A stretch of 32,000 bases of DNA from Opitutales bacterium (GCA_965219535.1 CBDCNV010000002.1:2130001-2162000), one strand, 5' to 3'. Positions 8,447 through 18,228 are shown, counted from the stretch's first letter. The notes: a model not told the origin generated them from the letters alone. Translations and numbers: made by a program.

Positions 8447-10576
8447 ATGAGTGGAACATTAGATTTAAAAACCCCCAAAACGATTAATCTCCGCGAGGGG
8501 AAAGTGGAAGAAAAACGAAAGGAGATCCGGCAGTACTTTAACGAGACCTTTGATGTTTATGAAAAATTATTCGAACCATTGCGGAGTGAAGAAGCCTATA
8601 CGGCGCGAGCAGACCCCCTGCGGCACCCCTTGATATTTTATTTGGGCCACACGGCGGTTTTTTTCATCAACAAACTGGTCTTGGCAAGATTACTAGATAA
8701 ACATATCAATCCCACATTTGAATCCATGTTTGCCGTAGGCGTCGATGAGATGTCATGGGATGATCTCGATGATGCCCACTACAACTGGCCGACGTCGGCT
8801 GCGGTCATGGATTACCGGAATAAAGTCAGGCAGAAGATCGATGAAATGATACTTCACATGCCGCTTACGCTACCGATTAGCTGGGACAATCCATTCTGGA
8901 TAATCATGATGGGGATTGAGCATGAACGAATCCATTTGGAAACTTCTTCCGTCCTTATTCGGCAGTTACCCCTGGAACTGCTCTCGCCTCATTCAGAATG
9001 GCAAATCTGTGAGGAGCGTGGAGAAGTGCCGGAAAACTCTCTGCTGCCGGTAAGCGAGGGTAAAGTTGTGATGGGTAAGGATAAAGAACACCCACTCTAC
9101 GGCTGGGACAATGAGTACGGTCATTATGAAGTTGATGTTCGAGCCTTTAAAACGAGTAAATATTTAGTCTCAAATGCTGAGTTTCTGGAATTCGTCAATG
9201 ATGGGGGGTATCAGGAAGAACAATGGTGGACGGAAGAAGGCTGGAAATGGGCACAGTATAAAAAAGCTGAACACCCTTTATTTTGGGTGGAGGGTGAAAA
9301 TGAAACCTATCGCTATCGTGCGATGCTGGAAATTATTGAAATGCCATGGAATTGGCCGGCTGAAGTAAATTATTTAGAAGCTAAAGCCTTTTGTAATTGG
9401 AAAAGCAATAAGACGGCTAAAACAATCCGGCTGCTCACTGAAGAAGAATGGTATCGATTGTTGGATTTTACCGATACTAAAGACCAGTTGGATTGGCAGC
9501 AAGCTCCGGGCAATATTAACTTGGAGTACTATGCGTCCTCATGCCCCGTAGATAGATTTAAATTTAGAGATTTCTATGATCTACTTGGGAATGTCTGGCA
9601 GTGGACAGAGATTCCCATCTCAGGCTTTTCAGGTTTTAAGGTTCATCCACTTTACGATGATTTCTCTACGCCAACTTTTGACACCAAGCATAACCTGATA
9701 AAGGGTGGGTCCTGGATATCGACGGGTAATGAAGCGACGCGTCATTCCCGCTATGCTTTTCGTCGCCATTTTTTCCAGCATGCCGGTTTTCGTTATGTCG
9801 AATCGGAGACTCCTGTTGTTATACGCAACGATGTTTATGAAACAGACCCCATTGTAGCGCAGAATTGTGAGTTTCACTATGGGGAGGATTACTTTGAAGT
9901 AGAAAATTATCCTGAAAAAATTGCTCAGATCAGTCTTGCCGCGATGCAAGGTCGCGAGAAAAAGAAGGCCTTAAATATCGGCTGTAAAGTTGGAAGAAGC
10001 ACCTTTGAGCTCGCCGTTGAATTTGATTTAGTGACAGGGCTGGATGCAACAGCGCGCAATTTCAAAATTGCGGTGGATATGAAGGAAAAAGGTTACACCC
10101 TATATGCTCTTCCTAAAGAAGGAGAAATTCAATCCTTTCATGAACGACGGCTCACCGATCTTGGTCTCGATGGTGTTAGAAATAAAGTAGAATTTTTTCA
10201 GGCTGATGTCTCCAACCTGATTGATCGCTACAAAGGGTACGACCTCATTCTTGTCGATAATATTATCGACCGTATATATAATCCCGTAAAATTTTTAAAC
10301 TCGGTCCATTTACGCGTAAACCTCGGAGGGTTGCTTATTCTGTCATCAACTAATGATTGGCAGGAGGAACAAACTGAACGTAAGAATTGGATTGGCGGTT
10401 TCAAGGAAGCGGGAGAGAATGTCACCACCCTGGATGGATTAAAAAACCACCTGGAACCGAATTTTAAGCTTATAACAAAACCTAAGGAGGTCCCGTACGT
10501 AATCCGAGAAAGAGAACGAAAATTCCAACACTGCATTGCCGAAGTAACCATTTGGGAACGTAGAAATAAAGAATAA
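8447..10576 (+). CDS. ovoA: 5-histidylcysteine sulfoxide synthase / 4-mercaptohistidine N1-methyltransferase (ovothiol biosynthesis)
   Basis: Three-domain layout in 709 aa. The DinB-like N-terminus has HPLIFYLGHTAVF and the iron-binding HxxxHxE motif (HERIHLE). The FGE-sulfatase-like core has GNVWQWTE. The C-terminal SAM methyltransferase has motif I ALNIGCKVGRS. AGGAG lies 7 nt upstream of the ATG. Confidence 0.85.
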   Translation: MSGTLDLKTPKTINLREGKVEEKRKEIRQYFNETFDVYEKLFEPLRSEEAYTARADPLRHPLIFYLGHTAVFFINKLVLARLLDKHINPTFESMFAVGVDEMSWDDLDDAHYNWPTSAAVMDYRNKVRQKIDEMILHMPLTLPISWDNPFWIIMMGIEHERIHLETSSVLIRQLPLELLSPHSEWQICEERGEVPENSLLPVSEGKVVMGKDKEHPLYGWDNEYGHYEVDVRAFKTSKYLVSNAEFLEFVNDGGYQEEQWWTEEGWKWAQYKKAEHPLFWVEGENETYRYRAMLEIIEMPWNWPAEVNYLEAKAFCNWKSNKTAKTIRLLTEEEWYRLLDFTDTKDQLDWQQAPGNINLEYYASSCPVDRFKFRDFYDLLGNVWQWTEIPISGFSGFKVHPLYDDFSTPTFDTKHNLIKGGSWISTGNEATRHSRYAFRRHFFQHAGFRYVESETPVVIRNDVYETDPIVAQNCEFHYGEDYFEVENYPEKIAQISLAAMQGREKKKALNIGCKVGRSTFELAVEFDLVTGLDATARNFKIAVDMKEKGYTLYALPKEGEIQSFHERRLTDLGLDGVRNKVEFFQADVSNLIDRYKGYDLILVDNIIDRIYNPVKFLNSVHLRVNLGGLLILSSTNDWQEEQTERKNWIGGFKEAGENVTTLDGLKNHLEPNFKLITKPKEVPYVIRERERKFQHCIAEVTIWERRNKE

Positions 10577-10596
10577 GCGATAATCGGAATTGCGTG

Positions 10597-10628
10597 AACG
10601 CGGCAGGGTGGGAAAAACATTTTCCACC
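10597..10628 (+). repeat. Degenerate copy of the AACGCGGYAGGG...TTCCACC element, forming an imperfect hairpin just after the ovoA stop
   Basis: aacgcggcagggtgggaaaaacattttccacc. The arms ggtgg(g)aaaa and ttttccacc can pair. It starts 21 nt downstream of the TAA at 10574-10576 and is followed by tctttaaag, with no strong T-run. Confidence 0.4.
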
Positions 10629-10708
10629 TCTTTAAAGTCGTATGCGGTACAGTTAAGACTCAGAAACGATAAATACGTTTTTGGTAATAATTATTTAAGG
10701 AGAACATT

Positions 10709-11239
10709 ATGGCAGATAAACACTTTTTCTGGCTCGATTTGGAGATGTCAGGGTTAAACCCCGAGGTGGATAAGATTCTTGAAGCAGCGGTGGTGATTAC
10801 GGATAAAGAGCTCTCTTCAGTGTTCACTTTTGAAACGACCGTGTTCCAACCGTCGGAAGTCCTGGAAAAGATGAATGATTGGTGTAAAGAGCATCACGCT
10901 AAAAGCGGGCTCACGAATCGGGTACCCTCCGGGATTCCGGAAAATGAACTCGATAAAAAACTTTGTGAGATAGTGGATACCTATTTTAAGGATGAGTCAG
11001 TTATCCTGTGCGGTAATTCCATTGCCCACGATAGAAAGTTTGTGGAAGCGTATCTTCCCGCTTACACTGCGAAGCTACATTACCGCATGCTTGATGTCTC
11101 CAGTTTTAAAATTGTCTTCCAGGAGATATATGGGAAAAGATATGCCAAGAATAACTCCCATCGCGCTTTAGATGACATAAATGAGTCAATTGAAGAACTG
11201 AAATTTTACCTCGATTGCATCAATAATAAGATAAATTGA
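10709..11239 (+). CDS. orn: Oligoribonuclease (DEDDh 3'-5' exonuclease)
   Basis: FWLDLEMSGLNPEVDKILE (DxE), GNSIAHDRKF and HRALDDINESIEELKFY (H-x4-D). The 176-aa length fits. AAGGAG lies 7 nt upstream of the ATG. Confidence 0.85.
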   Translation: MADKHFFWLDLEMSGLNPEVDKILEAAVVITDKELSSVFTFETTVFQPSEVLEKMNDWCKEHHAKSGLTNRVPSGIPENELDKKLCEIVDTYFKDESVILCGNSIAHDRKFVEAYLPAYTAKLHYRMLDVSSFKIVFQEIYGKRYAKNNSHRALDDINESIEELKFYLDCINNKIN

Positions 11240-11329
11240 CTGATAGGAGCGAGGCGCATAAGCATAAGCTGTAGAAACTATTTCCTATCCTTAATGTTTG
11301 TGATAATAAAATTATAGAAAATTAGAGAT

Positions 11330-12568
11330 ATGACTATCAGACTAATACGTTTACTTCCTTTTTTTGCATTTTTGATAACTTTGATATTTTCCAATGCAAA
11401 GTTATCTGCTGAAGACTGGCCCCAATGGAGGGGACTTAATCGAGATGGAATATCATCCGAGACGGGGTTGTTAACCCAATGGACGGAAAAGGAACCGGAA
11501 CGACTATGGACCGCTACCATGGGTGTTGGGGCTTCTTCGATCGCGGTGAGTGATAACTTCGCTTATACGATGGGTAATATAAACGATGAAGACATCATCT
11601 ATTGTCTAAATAGTAATACGGGTGAGAAGGTATGGTCTTATGCCTACGAGTCGCCATTTACCGAACGGCGATTTGAAGGTGGCACTGCCAGCACGCCAAC
11701 CGTCGATGGTAACCGGGTATACACCATGAGTTATACGGGAGAGCTTTACTGCTTAGACGCGAAAACGGGTGAGGTTAAATGGTCCATGAATATTCAGAAG
11801 GAATATAACGGCAAATCGGCGGGTTGGGGATATGCCGGTTCGCCTTTAGTCGTTGATAATATGCTTATCGTTGAAACTGGCTCAAAAGAGGGTTCGCTTG
11901 TTGCGCTTAACAAAGATTCGGGAAGCTTAATATGGAAATCCGGCAACTATAGCGCCGGTTATTCCTCACCTGTTGCTTCTCAAATCAATGGAACACAGGT
12001 GTGTTTTATGTTCAACGGATATGGGCTAGTCGGACACACTTTGAAAGATGGCAAAGAACTTTGGAATTATGAATGGGACACGAGTTACGACATCAATGCC
12101 GCTACACCTTTAGTCTCGGGTAAATATATTTTTATATCCTCTGGTTATGGAAAAGGAGGTGCGGTATTGAATATTGGTAAGGATGAGCCCGTCGCGGTGT
12201 GGAAATCAAAAGCATTTGCCAATCAGTTCAGCAGCAGTGTCTTTTTGAAAGGCCACCTATACGGATTTCATGGAAACATCGGTAAAGTGAATAGGTCTTT
12301 GCGCTGTGTGGAGTTTGCGACGGGAAACATCATTTGGGAAAAAGGTGACCTCGGTGTTGGTACCGTCATACTCGTCAATGAAACACTAGTGATATTAAGC
12401 GAGGGAGGCGAGTTGGTGCTGGCTGAAGCTACCCCCATTGAGTACCGAGAATTAGAGAGAATGCAGATATTAGGCGGACGTTGTTGGGTTTCTCCCGCTT
12501 ATGCGCATGGTTCGCTCTATGCGCGTAATAACGCGGGTAAATTGGTTTGTTATAATTTAGGGAAATAA
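11330..12568 (+). CDS. Secreted PQQ-like (BamB-like) beta-propeller repeat protein, paralog 1
   Basis: Signal peptide MTIRLIRLLPFFAFLITLIFSNAKLSA, then EDWPQWRG. It has repeated blade motifs (G..VW, Y..D..TGE.KW, G.LY..N). Confidence 0.75.
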   Translation: MTIRLIRLLPFFAFLITLIFSNAKLSAEDWPQWRGLNRDGISSETGLLTQWTEKEPERLWTATMGVGASSIAVSDNFAYTMGNINDEDIIYCLNSNTGEKVWSYAYESPFTERRFEGGTASTPTVDGNRVYTMSYTGELYCLDAKTGEVKWSMNIQKEYNGKSAGWGYAGSPLVVDNMLIVETGSKEGSLVALNKDSGSLIWKSGNYSAGYSSPVASQINGTQVCFMFNGYGLVGHTLKDGKELWNYEWDTSYDINAATPLVSGKYIFISSGYGKGGAVLNIGKDEPVAVWKSKAFANQFSSSVFLKGHLYGFHGNIGKVNRSLRCVEFATGNIIWEKGDLGVGTVILVNETLVILSEGGELVLAEATPIEYRELERMQILGGRCWVSPAYAHGSLYARNNAGKLVCYNLGK

Positions 12569-12588
12569 ATATAAGCTTCCTAATTCCA

Positions 12589-14865
12589 TTGAGTGTACCC
12601 CTAAATATTTTAGAATTTACCCGCCACGTCCCTTCATTCACGATCGCTGTAGCGGTGTCAATGATGGGCTTTATGCATACCGCGCATAGCCGAGGATCTG
12701 TCGACGGCTGGTTAAACTGGCGTGGGTCGGAAGAGAATGGAAGTTCTACTGAAATCAATTTACCTGAGCAAATTGAATTAGAAGGCGCCAATCACCTATG
12801 GAGTTATCCCATTTCAGGTGGAGGAACACCGGTGATCGCTGGCAATCGCGTCTTTGTCTTTGCCTACCGAGGTGAAGGTAAAGATTTACAGGAGGCACTG
12901 CTTTGTTTTAAAGCGTCGACCGGTGAGTTAATCTGGGAACGACGCTTCAATGATTTTCTCAGCGATATTATTTATAACCGATATGCGATCGGAGCGCCAG
13001 CGATAGATCCTGACACCGGCAATGTTTATTTACAGACCAGTGCGGGTTTACTCCTGGGCTTTGATCAGAACGGTGAGCATCTATGGGAACATTCAATGCT
13101 CGAAGAGTATGGTCGCTTGACTTTCCCCAATGGCCGCACCGGGGGCCCGGTTATTGACGGCGATCTTGTCATCGTCCACGGCATTACCACCAACTGGGGA
13201 AAAAACGGACCTGCTCGTGATCGTTTCTACGCCTTTGATAAGTATACGGGAGAACTTGCCTGGTATTCACAGCCGGGAGTGCAGCCACAGGACAGCTCTT
13301 TCTCAACTCCAGTTTTCGGCTGGCTTGATGGCCGTCGCGTGTTTTACTGTGGGACCGGTTGTGGTAACATAGTCTGTGTCGATGCCCGTACCGGGCAACC
13401 CTTGTGGCGATTTCAAATGTCTCACGGTGGAGTCAACTCCTCCGTTGTTCTCTATGGTAAAGACAATCTCATAGCAATTCACGGGAAGGAGAATACCGAT
13501 GCCTCAACGATAGGCAGGATGGTTTCACTTAAAATTCCGACGAAACTGCCAGAGGGAGTAAAACTTCCACTGGTGCTCAATCATGATGCCGAAGTCTGGC
13601 GTAACGACTGTGAATCCTTTACGAGTTCATCGGTGCTGGTCGATGACCGAATCTATCAAACCGTCCGCACGGGAGAATTAAAATGTATTGACGCCAATAC
13701 GGGTGAGGAACTCTGGATAAAAAAACTTTCGCCGGACCAGTTGCACGCTTCGCCAGTCTGGGCGGATGATAAACTCTATGTTCCGATGCTCGACGGTAAT
13801 TTTTATATTATTCGGCCCGGTGATACAGACGCAGAGATTCTGGACAGTGTTAAGCTTGAAGGTAATTGTCTCGGGGCGCCCGCGGTTAACGAGGGCCGCA
13901 TTTATGTAATTACGAAAAAGAAACTGTATTGTTTCGGATCAATCGCCCAGCGCACGCATAAGGTAGTGGAGGATAAAACGGCAATAACACGGGGAGCGCC
14001 TGCCGCCCTACAAATTGTTCCCGCGGAGTTTGCCGTGCGATTCGGAGAGAGCGTCGATTTTTCCACGTGGATAGTGGATGCTAACGGTTATCGATTGAAA
14101 AAGGCGAAGGGACTTAGCTGGGATAATTTTTCTCCTTCATTAGTAGAGGTCGATTCATCAGGTACCCTCACCATTCCTTCTTCAGCAACTATCTTTGGGG
14201 GAAATTTAAAAGTAACGAAGAGAAATCTAACTGGAAGCACAAGAGGCCGTATCTTGCCCAATCTCTATTATGAGCAGGATTATGAATCTTTTAAGCTCGA
14301 TAAAATGACACCGAGTGGAGAAGCTTTTGCCTATCCGCCTTCACCCTGGCTGGGGGCGCGACTCCGATGGAGAATTCTCAATAGAGAGGGAAATCAATTG
14401 ATGGAAAATACACTTGAGCGGGTTCTTTTTCAGCGTTCAATGAATTTTATAGGACACTTCGAGATGCGAGAATACACGTTCGAGGCTGATGTCATGAGCG
14501 ATGGAAACCGCCGGGTGATGTCTAACGTAGGGCTGATTAACCAACGCTATTTAATAGCGCTTGTCGGTAACTGGCAAATCCTCGAAGTAGTTTCCAATCA
14601 TGATCGCCTCAAGGAATCCGTGCCGTTTAAATGGAAACCTAAAGTGTGGTATCGATTAAAGACACGTGTCGATGTGGATAAAAACGGCGCGGGCGTGGTG
14701 CGCGTTAAAGCATGGGAGAAAAGTGACCCCGAACCCGATGCATGGACATTGGAAGTCGCGCACGAGCAAGCTCATCAAAAAGGAGCGCCCGGATTATATG
14801 CTTTTTCCCCTCAGAGCCAGAAGCATGTTTATATTGACAATCTTTCAATTAGCCCGAGCGAATAG
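12589..14865 (+). CDS. Secreted PQQ-like beta-propeller protein, paralog 2, with ~300-aa C-terminal extension (Ig-like plus jelly-roll-like region)
   Basis: It has a GWLNWRGS motif and propeller blades (CLDA/CVDARTGQPLW, CIDANTGEELW). The tail includes a LQIVPAEFAVRFGESVDF...LVEVDSSGTLTIP Big_2-like segment and ends GAPGLYAFS....VYIDNLSI, like LamG/DUF1080-type domains. The start is a TTG, chosen because only it supplies a signal-peptide-like N-terminus; the ATG at 12661 is the alternative. Confidence 0.65.
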   Translation: MSVPLNILEFTRHVPSFTIAVAVSMMGFMHTAHSRGSVDGWLNWRGSEENGSSTEINLPEQIELEGANHLWSYPISGGGTPVIAGNRVFVFAYRGEGKDLQEALLCFKASTGELIWERRFNDFLSDIIYNRYAIGAPAIDPDTGNVYLQTSAGLLLGFDQNGEHLWEHSMLEEYGRLTFPNGRTGGPVIDGDLVIVHGITTNWGKNGPARDRFYAFDKYTGELAWYSQPGVQPQDSSFSTPVFGWLDGRRVFYCGTGCGNIVCVDARTGQPLWRFQMSHGGVNSSVVLYGKDNLIAIHGKENTDASTIGRMVSLKIPTKLPEGVKLPLVLNHDAEVWRNDCESFTSSSVLVDDRIYQTVRTGELKCIDANTGEELWIKKLSPDQLHASPVWADDKLYVPMLDGNFYIIRPGDTDAEILDSVKLEGNCLGAPAVNEGRIYVITKKKLYCFGSIAQRTHKVVEDKTAITRGAPAALQIVPAEFAVRFGESVDFSTWIVDANGYRLKKAKGLSWDNFSPSLVEVDSSGTLTIPSSATIFGGNLKVTKRNLTGSTRGRILPNLYYEQDYESFKLDKMTPSGEAFAYPPSPWLGARLRWRILNREGNQLMENTLERVLFQRSMNFIGHFEMREYTFEADVMSDGNRRVMSNVGLINQRYLIALVGNWQILEVVSNHDRLKESVPFKWKPKVWYRLKTRVDVDKNGAGVVRVKAWEKSDPEPDAWTLEVAHEQAHQKGAPGLYAFSPQSQKHVYIDNLSISPSE

Positions 14866-14879
14866 TTAGAATATACATT

Positions 14880-16463
14880 ATGAATAATGTTCTTATAAAT
14901 AAAAGGAGAACTAACGTTTATTTTTCCGGTAAACTTATTCAAGGTTTGCTCCTAATAATGTCCTTGGGACCTGTTACCCATGCAGATGACTGGCCTATGT
15001 GGGGGCGCGACTCGAGTCGCAATATGGTTGCTTCGGTCAAAGGTCTTCCGGATTCATTTGACCTTGGAAAAGCTGAGGAGGGGAGTGAAGAAATAGACCA
15101 GGCAACGACGCGCAATATTCGATGGGTGGCCAAATTAGGTTCGCAAACTTATGGCAACCCAACGGTGACGGGTGGTAAAGTCTATGTCGGAACTAATAAT
15201 GAAGTGCCGCGTGATCCCGACAATGTTGGTGATCGAGGTATCCTCATGTGTTTCGATGAAAAAACGGGTGATTTCCTCTGGCAGCTTAGTGTCCCCAAGC
15301 TCGGGGCGGGTAAAGTAAGCGACTGGGAATATATTGGTATCTGTTCATCACCCGTCGTAATTGATGACTTTGTTTACATCGTCACTAACCGCGGTGAAGT
15401 TCTTTGTCTGGATGTGCACGGAATGAAAAATGGCAACGATGGTCCCTACAATGAAGAAGGCCAATTTATGGCAGGTCCAGGTAAACCGCCGGTGAAGGTT
15501 AAAGACATGCATGCGGACATCATATGGCGTTTTGACATGCGCGATGAACTCGGCGTATTCCCGCACAATATTACGAGTTGTTCCCCTCTCGTTGTTGGAA
15601 ACCATGTTTATGCGACTACTTCTAATGGCGTAGATTGGTCACACACAAACATTCCGGCTCCTTTCTCTCCGAGCTTTATTGTTCTCGATAAAAAAACCGG
15701 AACCCTGCGCGGTGAAGAGGATTCCGGTATTAGCGCCCGCGCATTGCATGCCTGTTGGACATCGCCGACATACGGTGAAGCGAGCGGAAAAGGAATCATA
15801 ATATGGGGCGGATCAGATGGATGGTGCTATGGATATGATCCAGTCCCGGTCAAGGGTGATGACGATTTCAATGTGCTGAATGAACGCTGGCGTTTCGATT
15901 GCAATCCCCCTGAATACCGTACTAAAGACGGTAAACCTATACGATACGCAACATCATTAGGCCCCAGCGAAATTATCGCTACTCCTGTATATTATAATGA
16001 TCGTGCTTATATAGCTATCGGGCAAGATCCCGAACACGGTGATGGTGTCGGTCAATTGAGCTGCATTGATATTTCTAAAGAAGGGGATATTACGAAAGAA
16101 GGTGCAGTTTGGACCTACCAGGGAGTTGGCAGGACGATATCAACCGTTTCAATCGCCGACGGGTTGCTTTACATCGCTGAATACGCGGGCAAGATACATT
16201 GCCTCAATGCGGATACTGGAGAGCCTTATTGGATCTATGACACCCAAAGCCGCATTTGGGGTTCTACACTGGTTAGCGCTGATAGAGTATATGTCGGTAA
16301 TGAAGACGGGGACTTAACGATTTTAAAGGCGGGTAAAGCAATGCAGTTTATTAATAAAATAAATTTCAATGCACCCATCTACAGCAGTCCTATCGCTGCC
16401 AATGGGACCCTCTACGTTGCAAGCCAATCACACCTCTTTGCGATTGGAGGGTCGTCTCCATGA
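14880..16463 (+). CDS. Secreted PQQ-like beta-propeller repeat protein, paralog 3
   Basis: It has a signal-like N-terminus (GKLIQGLLLIMSLGPVTHA), then DDWPMWGRD. Blades include CFDEKTGDFLW, CLNADTGEPYW and GTLYVASQSHLFAIG. Confidence 0.75.
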   Translation: MNNVLINKRRTNVYFSGKLIQGLLLIMSLGPVTHADDWPMWGRDSSRNMVASVKGLPDSFDLGKAEEGSEEIDQATTRNIRWVAKLGSQTYGNPTVTGGKVYVGTNNEVPRDPDNVGDRGILMCFDEKTGDFLWQLSVPKLGAGKVSDWEYIGICSSPVVIDDFVYIVTNRGEVLCLDVHGMKNGNDGPYNEEGQFMAGPGKPPVKVKDMHADIIWRFDMRDELGVFPHNITSCSPLVVGNHVYATTSNGVDWSHTNIPAPFSPSFIVLDKKTGTLRGEEDSGISARALHACWTSPTYGEASGKGIIIWGGSDGWCYGYDPVPVKGDDDFNVLNERWRFDCNPPEYRTKDGKPIRYATSLGPSEIIATPVYYNDRAYIAIGQDPEHGDGVGQLSCIDISKEGDITKEGAVWTYQGVGRTISTVSIADGLLYIAEYAGKIHCLNADTGEPYWIYDTQSRIWGSTLVSADRVYVGNEDGDLTILKAGKAMQFINKINFNAPIYSSPIAANGTLYVASQSHLFAIGGSSP

Positions 16464-16723
16464 ATAAATTAAAATTAGGTGCTAAAGAGGGTGTTTATAT
16501 TTTTCTCATCCTTCTTTTTTTTATCCATCAAGACTACTGGTTCTGGGACAATGGTAGTTTAATAATGGGATTTATTCCCCTTGGCCTCATCTACCATATA
16601 GGTTATTCGATTGTAGCGGCAATCGCCTGGTTCCTGGCGATCAAGTATGCCTGGCCCTCCCATTTGGAAAGTTTCTCGGAGCAAGGGGAAGACTCCACTT
16701 CTACAACAAGCGAGGCACGATGA
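16460..16723 (+). CDS. Small membrane protein, DUF3311-like (symporter-associated)
   Basis: 87 aa with two TM helices and FWDNGSLIMGFIPLGLIYHIGYSIVAAIAWF. ATGA overlaps join it to the preceding propeller gene and to the following SSS transporter, the usual DUF3311-SSS arrangement. Confidence 0.65.
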   Translation: MNKLKLGAKEGVYIFLILLFFIHQDYWFWDNGSLIMGFIPLGLIYHIGYSIVAAIAWFLAIKYAWPSHLESFSEQGEDSTSTTSEAR

Positions 16724-18228
16724 CACCATTGATTATAATTTCTTGTTATCTCATTTTGCTATTTGTTTTGGGGCAGGTTAGCGGTAAGTTTTTTCGTGGA
16801 ACTCCGAATGACTTTTTTGTAGCCAGTAGATCGATAGGGCCATTCCTGCTCTTAATGTCTGTCTTTGGGACCACGATGACGGCTTTCGCCATGGTCGGCA
16901 GTACCGGCGAAGCTTACAGGATTGGAATCGGGACTTATGGTAAAATGGCATCCTGGTCCGCGCTGATTCATTCAGCCTGTTTTTTCTTCATCGGCATTCG
17001 ACTCTGGTCATTTGGAAAGCGTTATGGTTATAAGACCCAGATTCAGTTTTTTCGCGATCGATTCGAAAGCAATGCGATTGGGGTGATTATGTTTCCTATC
17101 CTTGTAGGTCTGGTCATTCCTTACCTCCTAATCGGATTACTGGGGGCTGGTAGTCTTGTTCGAGGAGTAACTACCGGGGCTTTTCCCGAGATCTTCAGCG
17201 AAACACGGGGCGCAGTGCCACCCTGGATTACGGCGGCGATTATTTCATTCGTTGTCCTTACTTATGTATTGCGTGGAGGCGTTCGCAGCGCCGCCTGGGC
17301 AAATACTTTTCAAACCCTGGTTTTTATGGTTATGGGGATTTTCGCTTTCGTAATTATTTCCATTAAGCTGGGGGGCCCGACCGCTGCCAGCCAGATGGCG
17401 GATCCGGTAAAATTGATTCGTGGCGATGCTATTCCCAGCATTCAGTTTTTTACTTACTGTTTTATACCACTCTCTGTGGCGATGTTTCCTCATCTCTTTC
17501 AGCATTGGCTCACCGCTAAGTCCGCGAAGACATTTCGGCTGACTTTGATTGCGCACCCGCTCTTTATTATGATTACCTGGGTTCCCTGCATACTGATTGG
17601 AGTATGGGCAACCGGAGCGGTTATCGATGGGGTACAAATAGTCCCTACGGGTGTTAATCCTAACGCGGTGCTTGGTATAATGGTTGGCAAATTAACGAAT
17701 CCATTAATTGCCGGTCTAGTAGCTTCGGGAGTGCTCGCAGCGATCATGTCGTCGCTCGATTCTCAATTTGTCTGCCTGGGGACGATGTTTACGGAAGACA
17801 TGGTTCTTCATACTTTCAAACTAAACCGACTGACTGAAAATCAGATTTTATGGACCGCTCGCGGGTTTATAACGCTCATTGTTCTCATTACATTTCTTTT
17901 ATCACTCGCCAATCCGGTACAGATATTTTCGCTTGGCGTGTGGTGCTTCAGTGGATTTGGGGCACTCTTTCCGGTAGTTTTTGCCGCTCTATATTGGAAA
18001 CGCGTAACCCGTGCGGGTGCAATTAGCTCGATCATCGTAGCGGCGATCACCTGGTTTTATCTCTTTCGCGAATCAGGTTATGGGATCAACCGTGGTTATC
18101 TGATCGCAGACGCCATGCCAGTGGTCTTTGTATTTATAGCTTGCATGCTGACATTAGTTATCGTTTCTCTTCTGACGAAACCCCCCTCAGAGGAAACGTT
18201 GAATAAATTTTTTCCTAAAGAATTGTAA
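16720..18228 (+). CDS. Sodium:solute symporter (SSS) family transporter
   Basis: 502 aa with ~13 hydrophobic helices and an SSS-like N-terminal region (FFVASRSIGPFLLLMSVFGTTMTAFAMVGSTGEAYRIGIG). The substrate cannot be assigned from sequence alone. Confidence 0.8.
   Translation: MTPLIIISCYLILLFVLGQVSGKFFRGTPNDFFVASRSIGPFLLLMSVFGTTMTAFAMVGSTGEAYRIGIGTYGKMASWSALIHSACFFFIGIRLWSFGKRYGYKTQIQFFRDRFESNAIGVIMFPILVGLVIPYLLIGLLGAGSLVRGVTTGAFPEIFSETRGAVPPWITAAIISFVVLTYVLRGGVRSAAWANTFQTLVFMVMGIFAFVIISIKLGGPTAASQMADPVKLIRGDAIPSIQFFTYCFIPLSVAMFPHLFQHWLTAKSAKTFRLTLIAHPLFIMITWVPCILIGVWATGAVIDGVQIVPTGVNPNAVLGIMVGKLTNPLIAGLVASGVLAAIMSSLDSQFVCLGTMFTEDMVLHTFKLNRLTENQILWTARGFITLIVLITFLLSLANPVQIFSLGVWCFSGFGALFPVVFAALYWKRVTRAGAISSIIVAAITWFYLFRESGYGINRGYLIADAMPVVFVFIACMLTLVIVSLLTKPPSEETLNKFFPKEL

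Noticed and set aside
9174-10627. ORFs 9174..9368 (+), 9629..9949 (-), 10228..10620 (-), 10439..10627 (-)
   Set aside because: They are embedded in or antisense to ovoA, whose frame carries continuous family motifs. None has motifs of its own.
11278-11520. 80-aa minus-strand ORF overlapping the start of propeller paralog 1
   Set aside because: It is antisense to a signal-peptide-bearing CDS with a good family signal, and has no independent support.
11330-16463. Calling the propeller proteins PQQ-dependent dehydrogenases
   Set aside because: I could see only the generic PQQ-like/BamB-like blade repeats. There are no pqqA-E genes and no cytochrome or quinoprotein active-site features I could recognise, and four paralogs with signal peptides suggest structural or binding roles. 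I kept them as PQQ-like repeat proteins.
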